From the IMG/VR virus record IMGVR_UViG_3300045988_165611, positions 1 through 48,115 of that record: a stretch of 48,115 nucleotides of DNA. The stretch is one strand, 5' to 3'. This document shows positions 9,656 to 19,977 of this stretch, in pieces (within the stretch, counting starts at the first letter, position 1; each line of letters opens with the position of its first letter). The stretch comes from a virus. The notes beneath the pieces were generated by a model. The model was not told the DNA's origin and did not search any database. It was given only the letters and a program-made list of their open reading frames with translations. Position numbers and translations under genes: made by a program.

Positions 9656-12196
9656 ATGGCAGTTGTCCCTACTTATGAATCGAAAGTAACGCTTCAGGCA
9701 AACAACGGCGGAGGCGCAAATACTCCGCTTGATGTCTCAAAGATGTTCCCGGCTACAAAGCCTGACTTCTCCAAGGTCGGCGTGGCATTGATGAAGGCGC
9801 AAGACAAGATGGACAAGGCCCGGGTTCTTGAGTACAAGAATGCGATGCTTCAGTACGTCTCCGACCAGACCTACGGTGATAACGGATACCTAAAGCAATT
9901 GGGTAAGAACGCTCTTGCTCAAGATGAGCAAGGGAACGGACTGACGCAGCGAGGCTTGGCCGGATACGACAAGTTCTCCGACGACTGGTTTCGAAACAAT
10001 AACCTCACGCCTCGGCAGATGAAACTTGCTAAGGAGGAGGGGTTCAGTGTGCGCCTACAGTACCAGAACGGCATGGGCTCACACGTCCTTCAAGAAGGAA
10101 AGCGTTACCAAATCGAGCAATGCGAGACGGCAACAGCTAATGCTATCAATGCCGGACTTCTGGCAACGACGCCCGAGGGCATCGGTGAGGCGTACGGACA
10201 GCTTCGGCAGGCTGTCAAGACAGCCGATGATATTCTCGGTCGAGATGGCGACATGGCGACTATCGCCATGAAAACGAGTACATCGAAGTTCTGGCAGTCG
10301 CGTTTTACCAAAGAGTTACTTACAGCTGACAAGGACCCTATTGGCGGATACCAGCGTGCCAAGGCGATTCTCGCATCTCAGCATAAAGACATGGATGCCG
10401 CCACAATTCTTGACTGCCAAGCGAAGTTGCGTGAGCTTGAAGCCAATAGTGCCCTGGCAAACGTTCTTAATAACTTTAAGGGAGTGTCTGCGTTATCAGA
10501 CATACCGGGGGTTAAAGAAATCTCCATGGGTTCGACCAATGCGAAACGCCTGCCGAAGGACCTTATCTTCCAAGGGCTTGTCGGAAAGAACACGCAATCA
10601 GACGGAGTGAACGTCTCGCGTTATGCGAACGGAGGGTATGGCATCAGCGGACTTCGCATGGAGGACATGCTCAAAACCGTCAAGGCTGACCCGTCTTTGA
10701 ACCCGGATAAGTTGAGCGAGAAAGCGCTCAAGAACAAGTTCATCGTAGACCGCGTCTTTAACTACACGGTAGGCACGACGCGCTTTGCCATGCTCACTGA
10801 AGCCTATGGGGACGGCGAGAAGGCGGCGGTTGCCTATCAGCTGGGCGATGAGAAGGTCGATGAGGCTGTGAAACTTGCTACGAAAGACGGCAAGCCTGAG
10901 CAGTGGATGGATTACGTAAAGGGTGACACAGCCAATGTCAAGAAAGTTTTAAAGGAAGTCCGGGAGTCCCAAGAGGGCGTCGTCCGCGGTTCGGACGGCA
11001 AGATTCTCGATCCGTGCTCGGCAGACTACATCGAGAAACTCAATCCGCTTCGTACGGACGAGCAGTTGACAGCATTCATTGAAGCGCATGACGGAGGGTA
11101 CACTAAACGTAACCCCATGGCTAAAGAGCAGTTTCGTAGCCGACTTCGGGCGCAGGAAGTAACCGAGCTTGCTAACAAGAAAAAGCAGTACCAGCAGAAT
11201 TTCTACGCTTGTGTCACAGCCGCGCAAAACGGTCAGGACATGCCGGCGGAAAACTACAACGCATTGCCGATTAGTGCGCAGCGCTGGGTACAAAAGCTCA
11301 AGGATAAGCGCGCCATGGGTGACGGTACGCCCGACTACCGTGCCTATCAGCGTTACAAACTCAACCCTGAGCTTATGGTGGATATGCCTGAGGACGACTT
11401 TAATACGTTCGTGCTTCCGCTCATGGGCGATAAGGCCGAGGAGATTTCCATACTCCGTAACGCCTGCAGAGAGTCCCGTGGCATGTCTCTTGACCAGAGG
11501 TACCTTAACAACATCAAAGTTGCGGGCGGACAGTACGATCGTAGCTTCAGTCCGCCTCCCGAAGTACTGATAGGCTCGATTAGTCGAGTGTTTCGCCTGG
11601 GCAAGGCCCTGACAGGCACGCCACGAGACAACGGTTTGTATTGGCGCATGATAACGCTCGTCACTGCGGAGGCGCAGAAGCGTTCTCGCTATTCGAGCAC
11701 GGGTAAGGCACAACCCCTGGAAGGGATGGAGTTGGACCTTTTCTTGCAGAAGCAAAAGGATCAAATGACTGCGGAAGGCATTGTGCCAATCAGCATGCCT
11801 CTTTCAAATGTTCCTAACCGAAATGCACAGGACGCCAAGACAGTAACTCAAGGGATTGCCGATATGCTGACGGCGCAACGCTCAGGTCGCAATATTCCTA
11901 GCACAGTCGACCAGCAGGAAATGGTGTGGGGTGCCCTTTGCTCCGGGCTTCTGCCCGAGGGGCTGCACATTACCCTCGACGAGATTCGGAGCAGTTCCTA
12001 CATTAATCCGAAAATGCGCAACGAGGCTGAAGCTCAGCTCACGAAAGAAGGGTGTGCCATTACACCGGCAAGCCTTCTTAATCGGTATGTCCTGCTGTGT
12101 TGCGGCTGGACTCCGCAAGGAGGCGGTTTGCCTTTTGAGTTCGGTGCATCTGCCCCGCAGCCCCAGACACAGATACAGACCTACGATTGGGAGTAG
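9656..12196 (+). CDS. Internal virion / ejection protein (846 aa), possible muralytic segment
   Basis: Assigned by position and size. GGYGISGLRMEDM ... AAVAYQLGDEKV weakly resembles lytic transglycosylase motifs (uncertain). Confidence 0.45.
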   Translation: MAVVPTYESKVTLQANNGGGANTPLDVSKMFPATKPDFSKVGVALMKAQDKMDKARVLEYKNAMLQYVSDQTYGDNGYLKQLGKNALAQDEQGNGLTQRGLAGYDKFSDDWFRNNNLTPRQMKLAKEEGFSVRLQYQNGMGSHVLQEGKRYQIEQCETATANAINAGLLATTPEGIGEAYGQLRQAVKTADDILGRDGDMATIAMKTSTSKFWQSRFTKELLTADKDPIGGYQRAKAILASQHKDMDAATILDCQAKLRELEANSALANVLNNFKGVSALSDIPGVKEISMGSTNAKRLPKDLIFQGLVGKNTQSDGVNVSRYANGGYGISGLRMEDMLKTVKADPSLNPDKLSEKALKNKFIVDRVFNYTVGTTRFAMLTEAYGDGEKAAVAYQLGDEKVDEAVKLATKDGKPEQWMDYVKGDTANVKKVLKEVRESQEGVVRGSDGKILDPCSADYIEKLNPLRTDEQLTAFIEAHDGGYTKRNPMAKEQFRSRLRAQEVTELANKKKQYQQNFYACVTAAQNGQDMPAENYNALPISAQRWVQKLKDKRAMGDGTPDYRAYQRYKLNPELMVDMPEDDFNTFVLPLMGDKAEEISILRNACRESRGMSLDQRYLNNIKVAGGQYDRSFSPPPEVLIGSISRVFRLGKALTGTPRDNGLYWRMITLVTAEAQKRSRYSSTGKAQPLEGMELDLFLQKQKDQMTAEGIVPISMPLSNVPNRNAQDAKTVTQGIADMLTAQRSGRNIPSTVDQQEMVWGALCSGLLPEGLHITLDEIRSSSYINPKMRNEAEAQLTKEGCAITPASLLNRYVLLCCGWTPQGGGLPFEFGASAPQPQTQIQTYDWE

Positions 12197-12200
12197 TTAA

Positions 12201-15200
12201 ATGGACATGACGATTAGTGCCGGAGATAACTTTGCGACCTCCTTAGACCCGAATGCTCGTCCCAAGGAAGAGGTGCCGCCCATTGGCCCCACACCTGTTA
12301 CGTCCTCAGCTCGCTATAACTATACGCAGTCTGTTGCTTCGGGAAAGACTCCCGAGCAAGCGGCCGCCGACTCCAAGCTCGGAGCAGCCATCGGGGTCAG
12401 CCCCGAAGTCCTCGCCGGCATGGACGCCCAGGGGCGTGCCGAACAGCAGGCCAAGACGATTAATTGGGACAAGATGCAACAGGAAAGTCCTGTCCTCTTG
12501 CAGATGATGAACGATCCTACGTTCGCTGCCGAAGTCAGTTCCGACCCTCGTGAGGCAGGCCTGTGGGAGCGCCTTTGGTGGAAACTTGCCCCCGCTCCGA
12601 ATCGGCAAAGCGCACGCAACACGTATGCTAGAGGAGGATATGGACTTCTTAACTCCTTACCGATTTTCGGCAATAGCGCTGTTCTGGAAGATTGCCGTGC
12701 AGAGTTACAAAGCATGGACGATGCGACGCAGGCCCTGAAAGCCGGCAAGACAGTTGCCGAAGTGTTCGGCTCGGAAGAAGACCCCACGGGCGAGGGCGCC
12801 TATGCTCGCTTTGTCTCTCATGGTGAAACACGCAAGAAAGAGATTATGCAGCGCATGGCCAAGGCAGCAACTTCCATGGCGTGGGCCAATAACATGCGTA
12901 ACCTCTTTCCGTACTTTTATGAGACGCAAGCCCTCTTCCAAGCAGACACTGCCAAGGAAGCGTTCGGCATTTTTGCAAAGTACCCGTTGGCTATTGCGTG
13001 GGACTTAAGTGTTGAGAACCTTGTGCAACAGTCTCCGCAGTTGGCGGCGCTTGCCGTAGGTGCGGCAGCAGGCGGTACAGGCGCGGCGGCGCTCGGTCAA
13101 GGACTCGTCTCGTACAACATGGAGTTCGGGTCACGCATGGCCGATGCCATGACCGAGCATGGTTTAAACCCCAACGATGCCAAGGACATCCTGCGCTGGT
13201 ACGGCTCCAATGAGTTTAAGCAGCAGTTCGAGAAAGAGCGTGCCAAGGTGCGCGATGCGGCCGCAGCCGTTGCCGCATGGGACGCGGCCGCAGGCGGGCT
13301 TGTCACGAAGACTCTTGTCCCTAAAGGCTTTATGGGCATGGGGGAGCGTGCATCGAAGATTGGCAACGTGGGCGTGCAGTCGCTTCTGCAAGGCGCAATG
13401 GGCGGCGCAGGCGAGGCGTCGGCACAGTACGTGACTGAGGGCAAAATCACAAGCTGGCCTGATATCGTGGCTGAAGTTGCAGCCGAGTTCTCCACAGGGC
13501 CGGTGGATGTGGCTGCCGCTGCATTCGGCCGTACTACCGAAACGCGCGCCAAGGCAGCCTTGGCGCAAAAGTTCGCACAGCACACAGCGCAATTGGAGCA
13601 GTACGCCAAGGTTTCTCCCTTACTGGCCAATGACCCGGAAACCGCCGCTGAGTACGTCAAGAACATCAAGGCACAAACACAGTTACCGGATTTGTACGTC
13701 GATGTGCAGTCGCTCCACCAAAGTGGCCAAGATGACTTGATTTCCGGTGCATCACCCGAGTTAGCCGAGCGTTACCAGCAAGCGCTTCTTAAGGGCGAAT
13801 CGATGAAGGTATCGCCTGAAGAATTACTCACGGTTCTCGCACCCAGGGACACGAACAATGCCTTGGCGGAAGTCGTGCATCCTGAAGGCATGCCCTCTTT
13901 AGTGGAGGCGCAAAGCCTTGAGCAAACGGCCGCGCAGGAAACATCGGAGCGCTTAGCGCAGACGCTTGAAGGCGTCACGGGCGACTTTGCCACAAGTTCT
14001 GCCAATGTCGGCAAGCAAGTCGAGACGATGCTCAATGAAGCCTATGGCGAGAATACGGATGTTAAGACGGGAGGCATGTCTAAGAGCGCACGGCAGATTA
14101 TGACGACGTATCTGCAGACGCTGTTTTCCACAGTGGCTAAGGACCTTGGTGTTTTGCCCGAGCAGGTGTTTGCCGAGTACGGACCTAAGTCGGTGCTGAC
14201 GCCCGCGGATGCGACACATACAGCAGACGGCAAGCTACAGATAACGTCCGATAGGGCGAAGCAGTTGTTCACCAAGAGTACGAATTCATCGTACGCTATG
14301 ACAATCGGGGATAGGCTTCAAAATCAATTTGCCAAGCCTTCGAAGAGCGTTTCGGAGCAAGAATTAAGTGCGAGTATTCGCCAGGGGCATAACGGTCCGA
14401 AAAGGAGCCTGCGTGACTTTATTCGCAAGACGCTGTCGACAATTGGGGAAGCGGTGCCCGAAAACGAAAGGATTAGCAAGGGTGATTTTGAACGACGCCT
14501 TAAGAATGAAAAACTCGGTTACATCCACATCTCGCCGCGGTCTGCAAGAGAGCTCAGTGGTGAAGTTGCTCTGTACGCAGACGAAATGAAGGCGTTGGTA
14601 TATCTGGAGGATGTGCTCAAAAGCGGCGATTTTAGCGGCTGGAAACCGAACACGAAGACAGATAAAAAACCAAATGTTGTGGGCTATGGGGTGCTTAGCA
14701 AGCTTGCAAGGATTGACGGGAGAGTTTGCTGTATTGATGCGACTATCGAAAAATACAAAGACGGCAAGCTTTTCTATTATCTAAGAATGAAAAAGCTACC
14801 GTCGAAGGTAGCTTCTTCGTCCTTCAAACAAGGGGACCAGCACTCGCGCTTCGCACATCTAGCGCCCTCACTGGAGAACCCCATAGAAGGACTCAGCTCG
14901 AATAGTACACTTTCCGTATCATATGTGCAAGGCACCATCGGCGAATGGTTCCCGGAAGTCCGCGCCATTGCCACTTGGACAGGTGCCAATCGCTCGACGT
15001 TCTTGCACGAGACGGGGCATATGTTCCTGGATATGCGCACCAAAATTGCCGTGAAACTTAAGGCAAAGAAGGACTCTGGCGTAGAACTCACTAAGGGCGA
15101 ACAGCACTTGCTCGATTCCCTTGAAGCGACTATGAAGTGGCTCGGTACTGACCTTGATTCCTTCTCCAAGATGAGCGTCGATCAGCAACGTCCGATGCAC

Positions 15201-18200
15201 GAGAAATTCGCGCGCACGTACGAGGCGTACATCATGGAAGGGAACGCTCCGAGTTCGGCTTTAACGAAGATCTTCCGGTCGTTCTCTGCATGGCTCCGCG
15301 GTGTGTACCGCCTGGTTTCCAACATTCCTGAAGCGGAAATCAATCCCGAAGTCCGAGAGCTTTTCGACACGCTACTCGTCTCGTCATCCGAGGTGGAGAC
15401 AGCCCGTTTGCGCCGTGCGCAGTTCGAGCGCTACAACGATCCGCAGGTAGCCGCCATTGCCCAAGAGATGGGAGAAGACTTCGCAGGCCTCGTGCAAGAA
15501 AGCTCCGAGACTGCCGTGGACGATTTACAGCAGCGCTTGCAGAAAGCAAGTCGGCGTATCGCAAAAATGCGCCAGGGCAAAGTCGAGGAATTGACCGACG
15601 AAGCGCAGCGCATCTACAACGAGATTGTCGACCGCATCTGGCAGGAAGTCATGGCTTCGCCTGAGTACCGGGCGTACGTGGCCCTTACAGAAGGCATTAA
15701 CGGCATTAAGCCCAAACTTACAAAGAAGGACTTGGAAAGCGTCGAGCCGAAACTTACATCGGCGCAAATCAAGATGCTTGAAGATGCCGAGATGGTCGGT
15801 ACGAACCCCAAGGGGGTGAGCGCCAAGATGGTGGCCGAGAAGTACGGCTACGATTCGGTCAACGCCTTGGTGTTTGCTCTGCTAAAGCTCGGAGACCCTA
15901 CGCAACACGTATTCGATTTGGCCACAACCGAGATGCTGGAGCAACACGCAGAGCTCGCTTCCCCCGAATCCATCGAGCAAGCAGCCGATGCGGCCATCTT
16001 CAACGATGCGCGTCTGCGCATTCTCTCCATCGAGGCCATGGCCTTTAACCGTGCTCTCGGGAAGAAAGGCGACGTGCTGACGCAAATCCGAGAAGGTGCA
16101 AAAACAGCCGTCGGCCAAATACATTTGGCGGATATGTCTAAGGAACATGCCCGGCATGCAACCGAAGCCGCACGTAACGCCCGTGAATCGGAAGCGGCAC
16201 GAAGCAAGGGCGACATTAAAAACGCAGCGGCGGCCAAGATTCGTGAACTCTACCAGGCGGCACTCGTGCGGGTTATCACGGTTCGCCGTCGGGAGATCGG
16301 ACAGGCTCTTAAATTCTTTAAAAAGTTCAAGGGCGTCACGACGCTAAAGACGTGCGACACGCAGTACCTGATGGCGATTCAGCACGTCCTAGATAAAGTC
16401 GGTATCGCCAAGTTCCCCGATGCCGGAGCGAACCAACGTCAGTCTTTGGCTGCATTCTTGGACGACCTTAATACGGCGGCTTCTCTTGAAGATGCCGAAG
16501 TCAAGGGCATCGACATTGATTCGGACTTCGTTGCGAAAATCGATGCCGGAGAACTCACGCTCGACCGTATGACAGCGGACCAATTCGAAGTCCTCAATGG
16601 GCTTGTTCACGAGCTTTACACGCTCGGCCGCAACGTAGCGAGCATTGAGGTCGAAGGGCAGCGTGTTGCCTTGGAGGAGGCTCGTGCAGACTTAGCCGAG
16701 GGCATCGAGGAGCACGCAAGCCAGCGCGGCAAAAAGCCCTTGGATAACTACGAGAAAACCGGAAGGCTGACGCAAATTAAAGAACAGTTACATCGAATCG
16801 GACTCTCGCATCGCCGCATTCCGTCGCTCTTTAACTGCATGGAAGGCGTTATGCCCGGGTACGGGCGGTTCTTCAAATACATCACACGTAAGTTTGATGA
16901 ATGCGGAAATCGAGAAACTGCACTAAAGAACGAGATTACGAAAGCGCTGTTCGAGGCCTTGGAGCCGATGTTCAAAGACTTGGCCAAAACAAAGCCGCGC
17001 TTCTACGGAAGTCTCGGGCTGAGCTTTACCAAACAACAGATTTTCGTCATGGCCCTTAACATGGGTAACGAGGGCAATATCCAACGCTTGGTCGATAACT
17101 CCAACGGCTGGAGTTTCATGAAAGGCAAGAAACTCACACAAGCCGATGTCTTGAGCCTTATCCAACAGACGTTGACGGCCGATGAGCTTAACCGTGTTCA
17201 AGCAGTTTGGGATTTGTTCGCTACCTTGCAAAAGGAAGTCGAGGCCAAAGAAATCCGCATGCGCGGAAGAGCTCCTGCATGGGTAACTCCGCAACCGATT
17301 ACCATGGCGTCCGTCGACGGTAAGGTCGTGCAGCTGAAAGGCGGGTACTACCCAATCGTCTATGACCGCCTGGCAAGCTCAAGAGGGCAGGCTATCGACG
17401 CCTCCAAGGGGGTCCTCCAGGAGCTCAAAGGCGTACAGGGCCATGCCTCCACATGGAAAGGGCACCTCAAGGACCGTGCTAAAAAAGTCGATATGAGCAC
17501 ACCGTTAACGCTCACGCTTCGCGGTGCGTTCGAAGGCTTTGAGAACACAATCCACGACGTGTGTTGGGACGAGTGGGTGACAGATACTCGGCGACTCTTC
17601 GGACGCAACAGCACGCTCGATAATGCTATCCGCGAATACTACGGCGCGGACACTGTCGCGGCCATTCGCCAATGGATTAAAGATACGGCGGTCGGTAAAA
17701 GCAACCAGGGGCGCATGGAAGATGGCATTGCGACGATGCTCCGCAAGAACATCTCACTTGTCGGTATCGGCTTTAACTTGGTAACGGCCGCTATCCAAAC
17801 GGTCGGCATCACGCAGACGGTCGTGGCCCTCGGTGGCAAGTGGACCTTATCGGGTCTCGGAGATCTCGTGACTAAAGGCCCGATGGGCTCGTACAAGTTT
17901 GCTGCCTCCAAGAGCCTTCTTATCCAAGATCGTATCCGCACGCAATTCCGCGAAGTGGCCGAGATTCAACGCTACACGGCAAGCGGCGGCAATAAGCTTT
18001 ATGACGGCTTCGCTCGTATGGCCTACATGCCGGTCGCCATGGTGCAGATGCTTGTTGACTTACCGACCTGGATGGGTGCGTACAACAAGGCCTTAGCTGA
18101 AGGCAAGGCCGAAGCCGAAGCGGTGGCCATGGCGGACCGTATGCTCATCGAGGCGCAAGGCTCGGGTCGCTACCAAGACTTATCAGGTGTAGAGCGCGGC

Positions 18201-18779
18201 AATGCATGGGTACAACTTGCTACCGTGTTCTACACGTTCTTCAATACCACATACAACCTTGCTCGTTTGACGATGGAAACCAAGGGCACGCTTGCGGCAG
18301 CTCGTGACTTGATGCTTCTTCTCGTAGCTCAGCCGGTTATCGAAACGTTCGTTCGGGAAGCTCTGAAGGTGCAACCGCCTGACGACGATGATGATGCATA
18401 TTGGGACCGGATGCAGAACGCCATGCTCACAAACACAATCAGTTTCAACATGAGCCTTTTCGTCGGTTTACGTGAGCTTGCATCGGCAATTGACTTTGTC
18501 TCGGACACGCCTGTGTTTAACTACCAAGGGCCGACAGGATTCAAAAAGATTAACGATACCGGCAGATTGGTCAAGACGGTCATGAAGGAATGGAACAAGG
18601 AAAGCGGTGAGGAAATCGACCCTGCCTTCATCCGTCAGTCCATCACGGTGTTTACTGAATGGGCAGGCGTTCCGATTCCTGTTGTGCCGGTCAATCGCTA
18701 CCTGCGCGGCAAGCAGGCTATTGACGAGGGAGATACGACAGATTGGAAGGCCTACCTCTTCGGATACTCGAAACGCTAA
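12201..18779 (+). CDS. Giant internal virion / ejection protein (2192 aa) with zincin HExxH motif; polyvalent-protein-like
   Basis: One uninterrupted 6.6-kb ORF. HETGH lies at nt 15006-15020 (aa 936-940). A visibly AT-richer segment lies around 14280-14900. Confidence 0.7.
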   Translation: MDMTISAGDNFATSLDPNARPKEEVPPIGPTPVTSSARYNYTQSVASGKTPEQAAADSKLGAAIGVSPEVLAGMDAQGRAEQQAKTINWDKMQQESPVLLQMMNDPTFAAEVSSDPREAGLWERLWWKLAPAPNRQSARNTYARGGYGLLNSLPIFGNSAVLEDCRAELQSMDDATQALKAGKTVAEVFGSEEDPTGEGAYARFVSHGETRKKEIMQRMAKAATSMAWANNMRNLFPYFYETQALFQADTAKEAFGIFAKYPLAIAWDLSVENLVQQSPQLAALAVGAAAGGTGAAALGQGLVSYNMEFGSRMADAMTEHGLNPNDAKDILRWYGSNEFKQQFEKERAKVRDAAAAVAAWDAAAGGLVTKTLVPKGFMGMGERASKIGNVGVQSLLQGAMGGAGEASAQYVTEGKITSWPDIVAEVAAEFSTGPVDVAAAAFGRTTETRAKAALAQKFAQHTAQLEQYAKVSPLLANDPETAAEYVKNIKAQTQLPDLYVDVQSLHQSGQDDLISGASPELAERYQQALLKGESMKVSPEELLTVLAPRDTNNALAEVVHPEGMPSLVEAQSLEQTAAQETSERLAQTLEGVTGDFATSSANVGKQVETMLNEAYGENTDVKTGGMSKSARQIMTTYLQTLFSTVAKDLGVLPEQVFAEYGPKSVLTPADATHTADGKLQITSDRAKQLFTKSTNSSYAMTIGDRLQNQFAKPSKSVSEQELSASIRQGHNGPKRSLRDFIRKTLSTIGEAVPENERISKGDFERRLKNEKLGYIHISPRSARELSGEVALYADEMKALVYLEDVLKSGDFSGWKPNTKTDKKPNVVGYGVLSKLARIDGRVCCIDATIEKYKDGKLFYYLRMKKLPSKVASSSFKQGDQHSRFAHLAPSLENPIEGLSSNSTLSVSYVQGTIGEWFPEVRAIATWTGANRSTFLHETGHMFLDMRTKIAVKLKAKKDSGVELTKGEQHLLDSLEATMKWLGTDLDSFSKMSVDQQRPMHEKFARTYEAYIMEGNAPSSALTKIFRSFSAWLRGVYRLVSNIPEAEINPEVRELFDTLLVSSSEVETARLRRAQFERYNDPQVAAIAQEMGEDFAGLVQESSETAVDDLQQRLQKASRRIAKMRQGKVEELTDEAQRIYNEIVDRIWQEVMASPEYRAYVALTEGINGIKPKLTKKDLESVEPKLTSAQIKMLEDAEMVGTNPKGVSAKMVAEKYGYDSVNALVFALLKLGDPTQHVFDLATTEMLEQHAELASPESIEQAADAAIFNDARLRILSIEAMAFNRALGKKGDVLTQIREGAKTAVGQIHLADMSKEHARHATEAARNARESEAARSKGDIKNAAAAKIRELYQAALVRVITVRRREIGQALKFFKKFKGVTTLKTCDTQYLMAIQHVLDKVGIAKFPDAGANQRQSLAAFLDDLNTAASLEDAEVKGIDIDSDFVAKIDAGELTLDRMTADQFEVLNGLVHELYTLGRNVASIEVEGQRVALEEARADLAEGIEEHASQRGKKPLDNYEKTGRLTQIKEQLHRIGLSHRRIPSLFNCMEGVMPGYGRFFKYITRKFDECGNRETALKNEITKALFEALEPMFKDLAKTKPRFYGSLGLSFTKQQIFVMALNMGNEGNIQRLVDNSNGWSFMKGKKLTQADVLSLIQQTLTADELNRVQAVWDLFATLQKEVEAKEIRMRGRAPAWVTPQPITMASVDGKVVQLKGGYYPIVYDRLASSRGQAIDASKGVLQELKGVQGHASTWKGHLKDRAKKVDMSTPLTLTLRGAFEGFENTIHDVCWDEWVTDTRRLFGRNSTLDNAIREYYGADTVAAIRQWIKDTAVGKSNQGRMEDGIATMLRKNISLVGIGFNLVTAAIQTVGITQTVVALGGKWTLSGLGDLVTKGPMGSYKFAASKSLLIQDRIRTQFREVAEIQRYTASGGNKLYDGFARMAYMPVAMVQMLVDLPTWMGAYNKALAEGKAEAEAVAMADRMLIEAQGSGRYQDLSGVERGNAWVQLATVFYTFFNTTYNLARLTMETKGTLAAARDLMLLLVAQPVIETFVREALKVQPPDDDDDAYWDRMQNAMLTNTISFNMSLFVGLRELASAIDFVSDTPVFNYQGPTGFKKINDTGRLVKTVMKEWNKESGEEIDPAFIRQSITVFTEWAGVPIPVVPVNRYLRGKQAIDEGDTTDWKAYLFGYSKR

Positions 18780-18819
18780 AAAGCGTTCAAGATTTTTGGA
18801 AATAGGTGAGAAGATATGT
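18780..18819 (+). promoter_or_regulatory. Conserved intergenic motif, copy C
   Basis: AAAGCGTTCAAGATTT-N10-GTGAGAAGATATGT begins one base after the stop of the giant gene, upstream of the fibre cluster. Confidence 0.6.
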
Positions 18820-18841
18820 TTAAGCCATTGCGAGGTTCAAC

Positions 18842-19975
18842 ATGACTGTAGCAGCAATTACCCGAAAAGCAGGACCCTTTATCAATGAGACGCAAGCGCC
18901 TCAAGTCGGTCCTTTCCCTTTCACCTTTAAAGTTTTTGCCTATAGCGACATCAAAGTGATGTGCTCGGAATCGGCAGACTTGGAAGGCGGTGCCGAGACA
19001 CTTGAGTACGGAACGGACTACACCGTCTCGATTGATTTGAGTAAGCAGGACACAGCACCGGGCGGCTCGATTACGTTAACCGGGAACGCGCAGACAAGCG
19101 AAGGTTCGCTTCTAATGCCGGGGTTTGCCTTGGCGATTCTCTCGAACGTGCCGTACTCCCAACTGACAAGCCTTACCAACTACGACCGCTTCATGCCGAG
19201 CGTGTTAAATGCCGTGCACGATCGAGCCGTGGCAAATATCCAGCAGTTGGTAGAACGCCTCGACCGTACCGTCTCGGTACCTGCTACATCGAGCCAAACG
19301 CCTGAAGAACTTGTCTCGAAACTACAGCATGCCGCAGACTCGGCAGAGCAAGTAGCAAGCAGTTTCGCTGTCCAAGCCGGCACAAGTGCGGCAGCAAGCG
19401 CTGCCTCCGCCACGCTTGCCGAGCAATGGGCCACCAAAACCGACGGAAAGGTCCAGGACATTGATTACAGCGCCAAGCACTACGCTTTGGACGCTAAACA
19501 GACGGCTGCCGAGCTACCTGCCAAAGAGCAGGCGTTGGAGGCGCAGCTCACGGCTCACACCGACACACAGATTGCGCGCATTGATGACAAAACAGACTCA
19601 GTTCTTGCGGTCAACGCAACGGGGTGCGCTGAGAAAACATGGACACTTACGGCGGACGTTGCAGCAAATGCCGAAATCACAATCCCCGGCGGAATTTATT
19701 ACGTTGTAGGTCGTCACCATTTGCGAGTCGGGTACAACGGCTTGACGTGTTACATCGGCACGAATTTCGTTGAAGTCGGGAACACGGACACGAAATCCAA
19801 CAAATTCAAACTGACCTTCAACGCCAAATCGGGCGATGAGCTTGACGTCTGGGTTGCAGCGCTCGGCAAGGCGGATGTGGCGGATGCAATCAATACCGCG
19901 CAGGCTGCCAACGATGCGGTTGCAGAACTGAGCCAGAAGGTTGTTTACAAAGATGCTGAAAGCGCAGGGAGTTAA
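18842..19975 (+). CDS. Tail fibre / tail spike-like protein
   Basis: 377 aa, first gene of the fibre cluster, with an A-rich coiled segment (AASAASATLAEQWA). Confidence 0.6.
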   Translation: MTVAAITRKAGPFINETQAPQVGPFPFTFKVFAYSDIKVMCSESADLEGGAETLEYGTDYTVSIDLSKQDTAPGGSITLTGNAQTSEGSLLMPGFALAILSNVPYSQLTSLTNYDRFMPSVLNAVHDRAVANIQQLVERLDRTVSVPATSSQTPEELVSKLQHAADSAEQVASSFAVQAGTSAAASAASATLAEQWATKTDGKVQDIDYSAKHYALDAKQTAAELPAKEQALEAQLTAHTDTQIARIDDKTDSVLAVNATGCAEKTWTLTADVAANAEITIPGGIYYVVGRHHLRVGYNGLTCYIGTNFVEVGNTDTKSNKFKLTFNAKSGDELDVWVAALGKADVADAINTAQAANDAVAELSQKVVYKDAESAGS

Positions 19976-19977
19976 TC

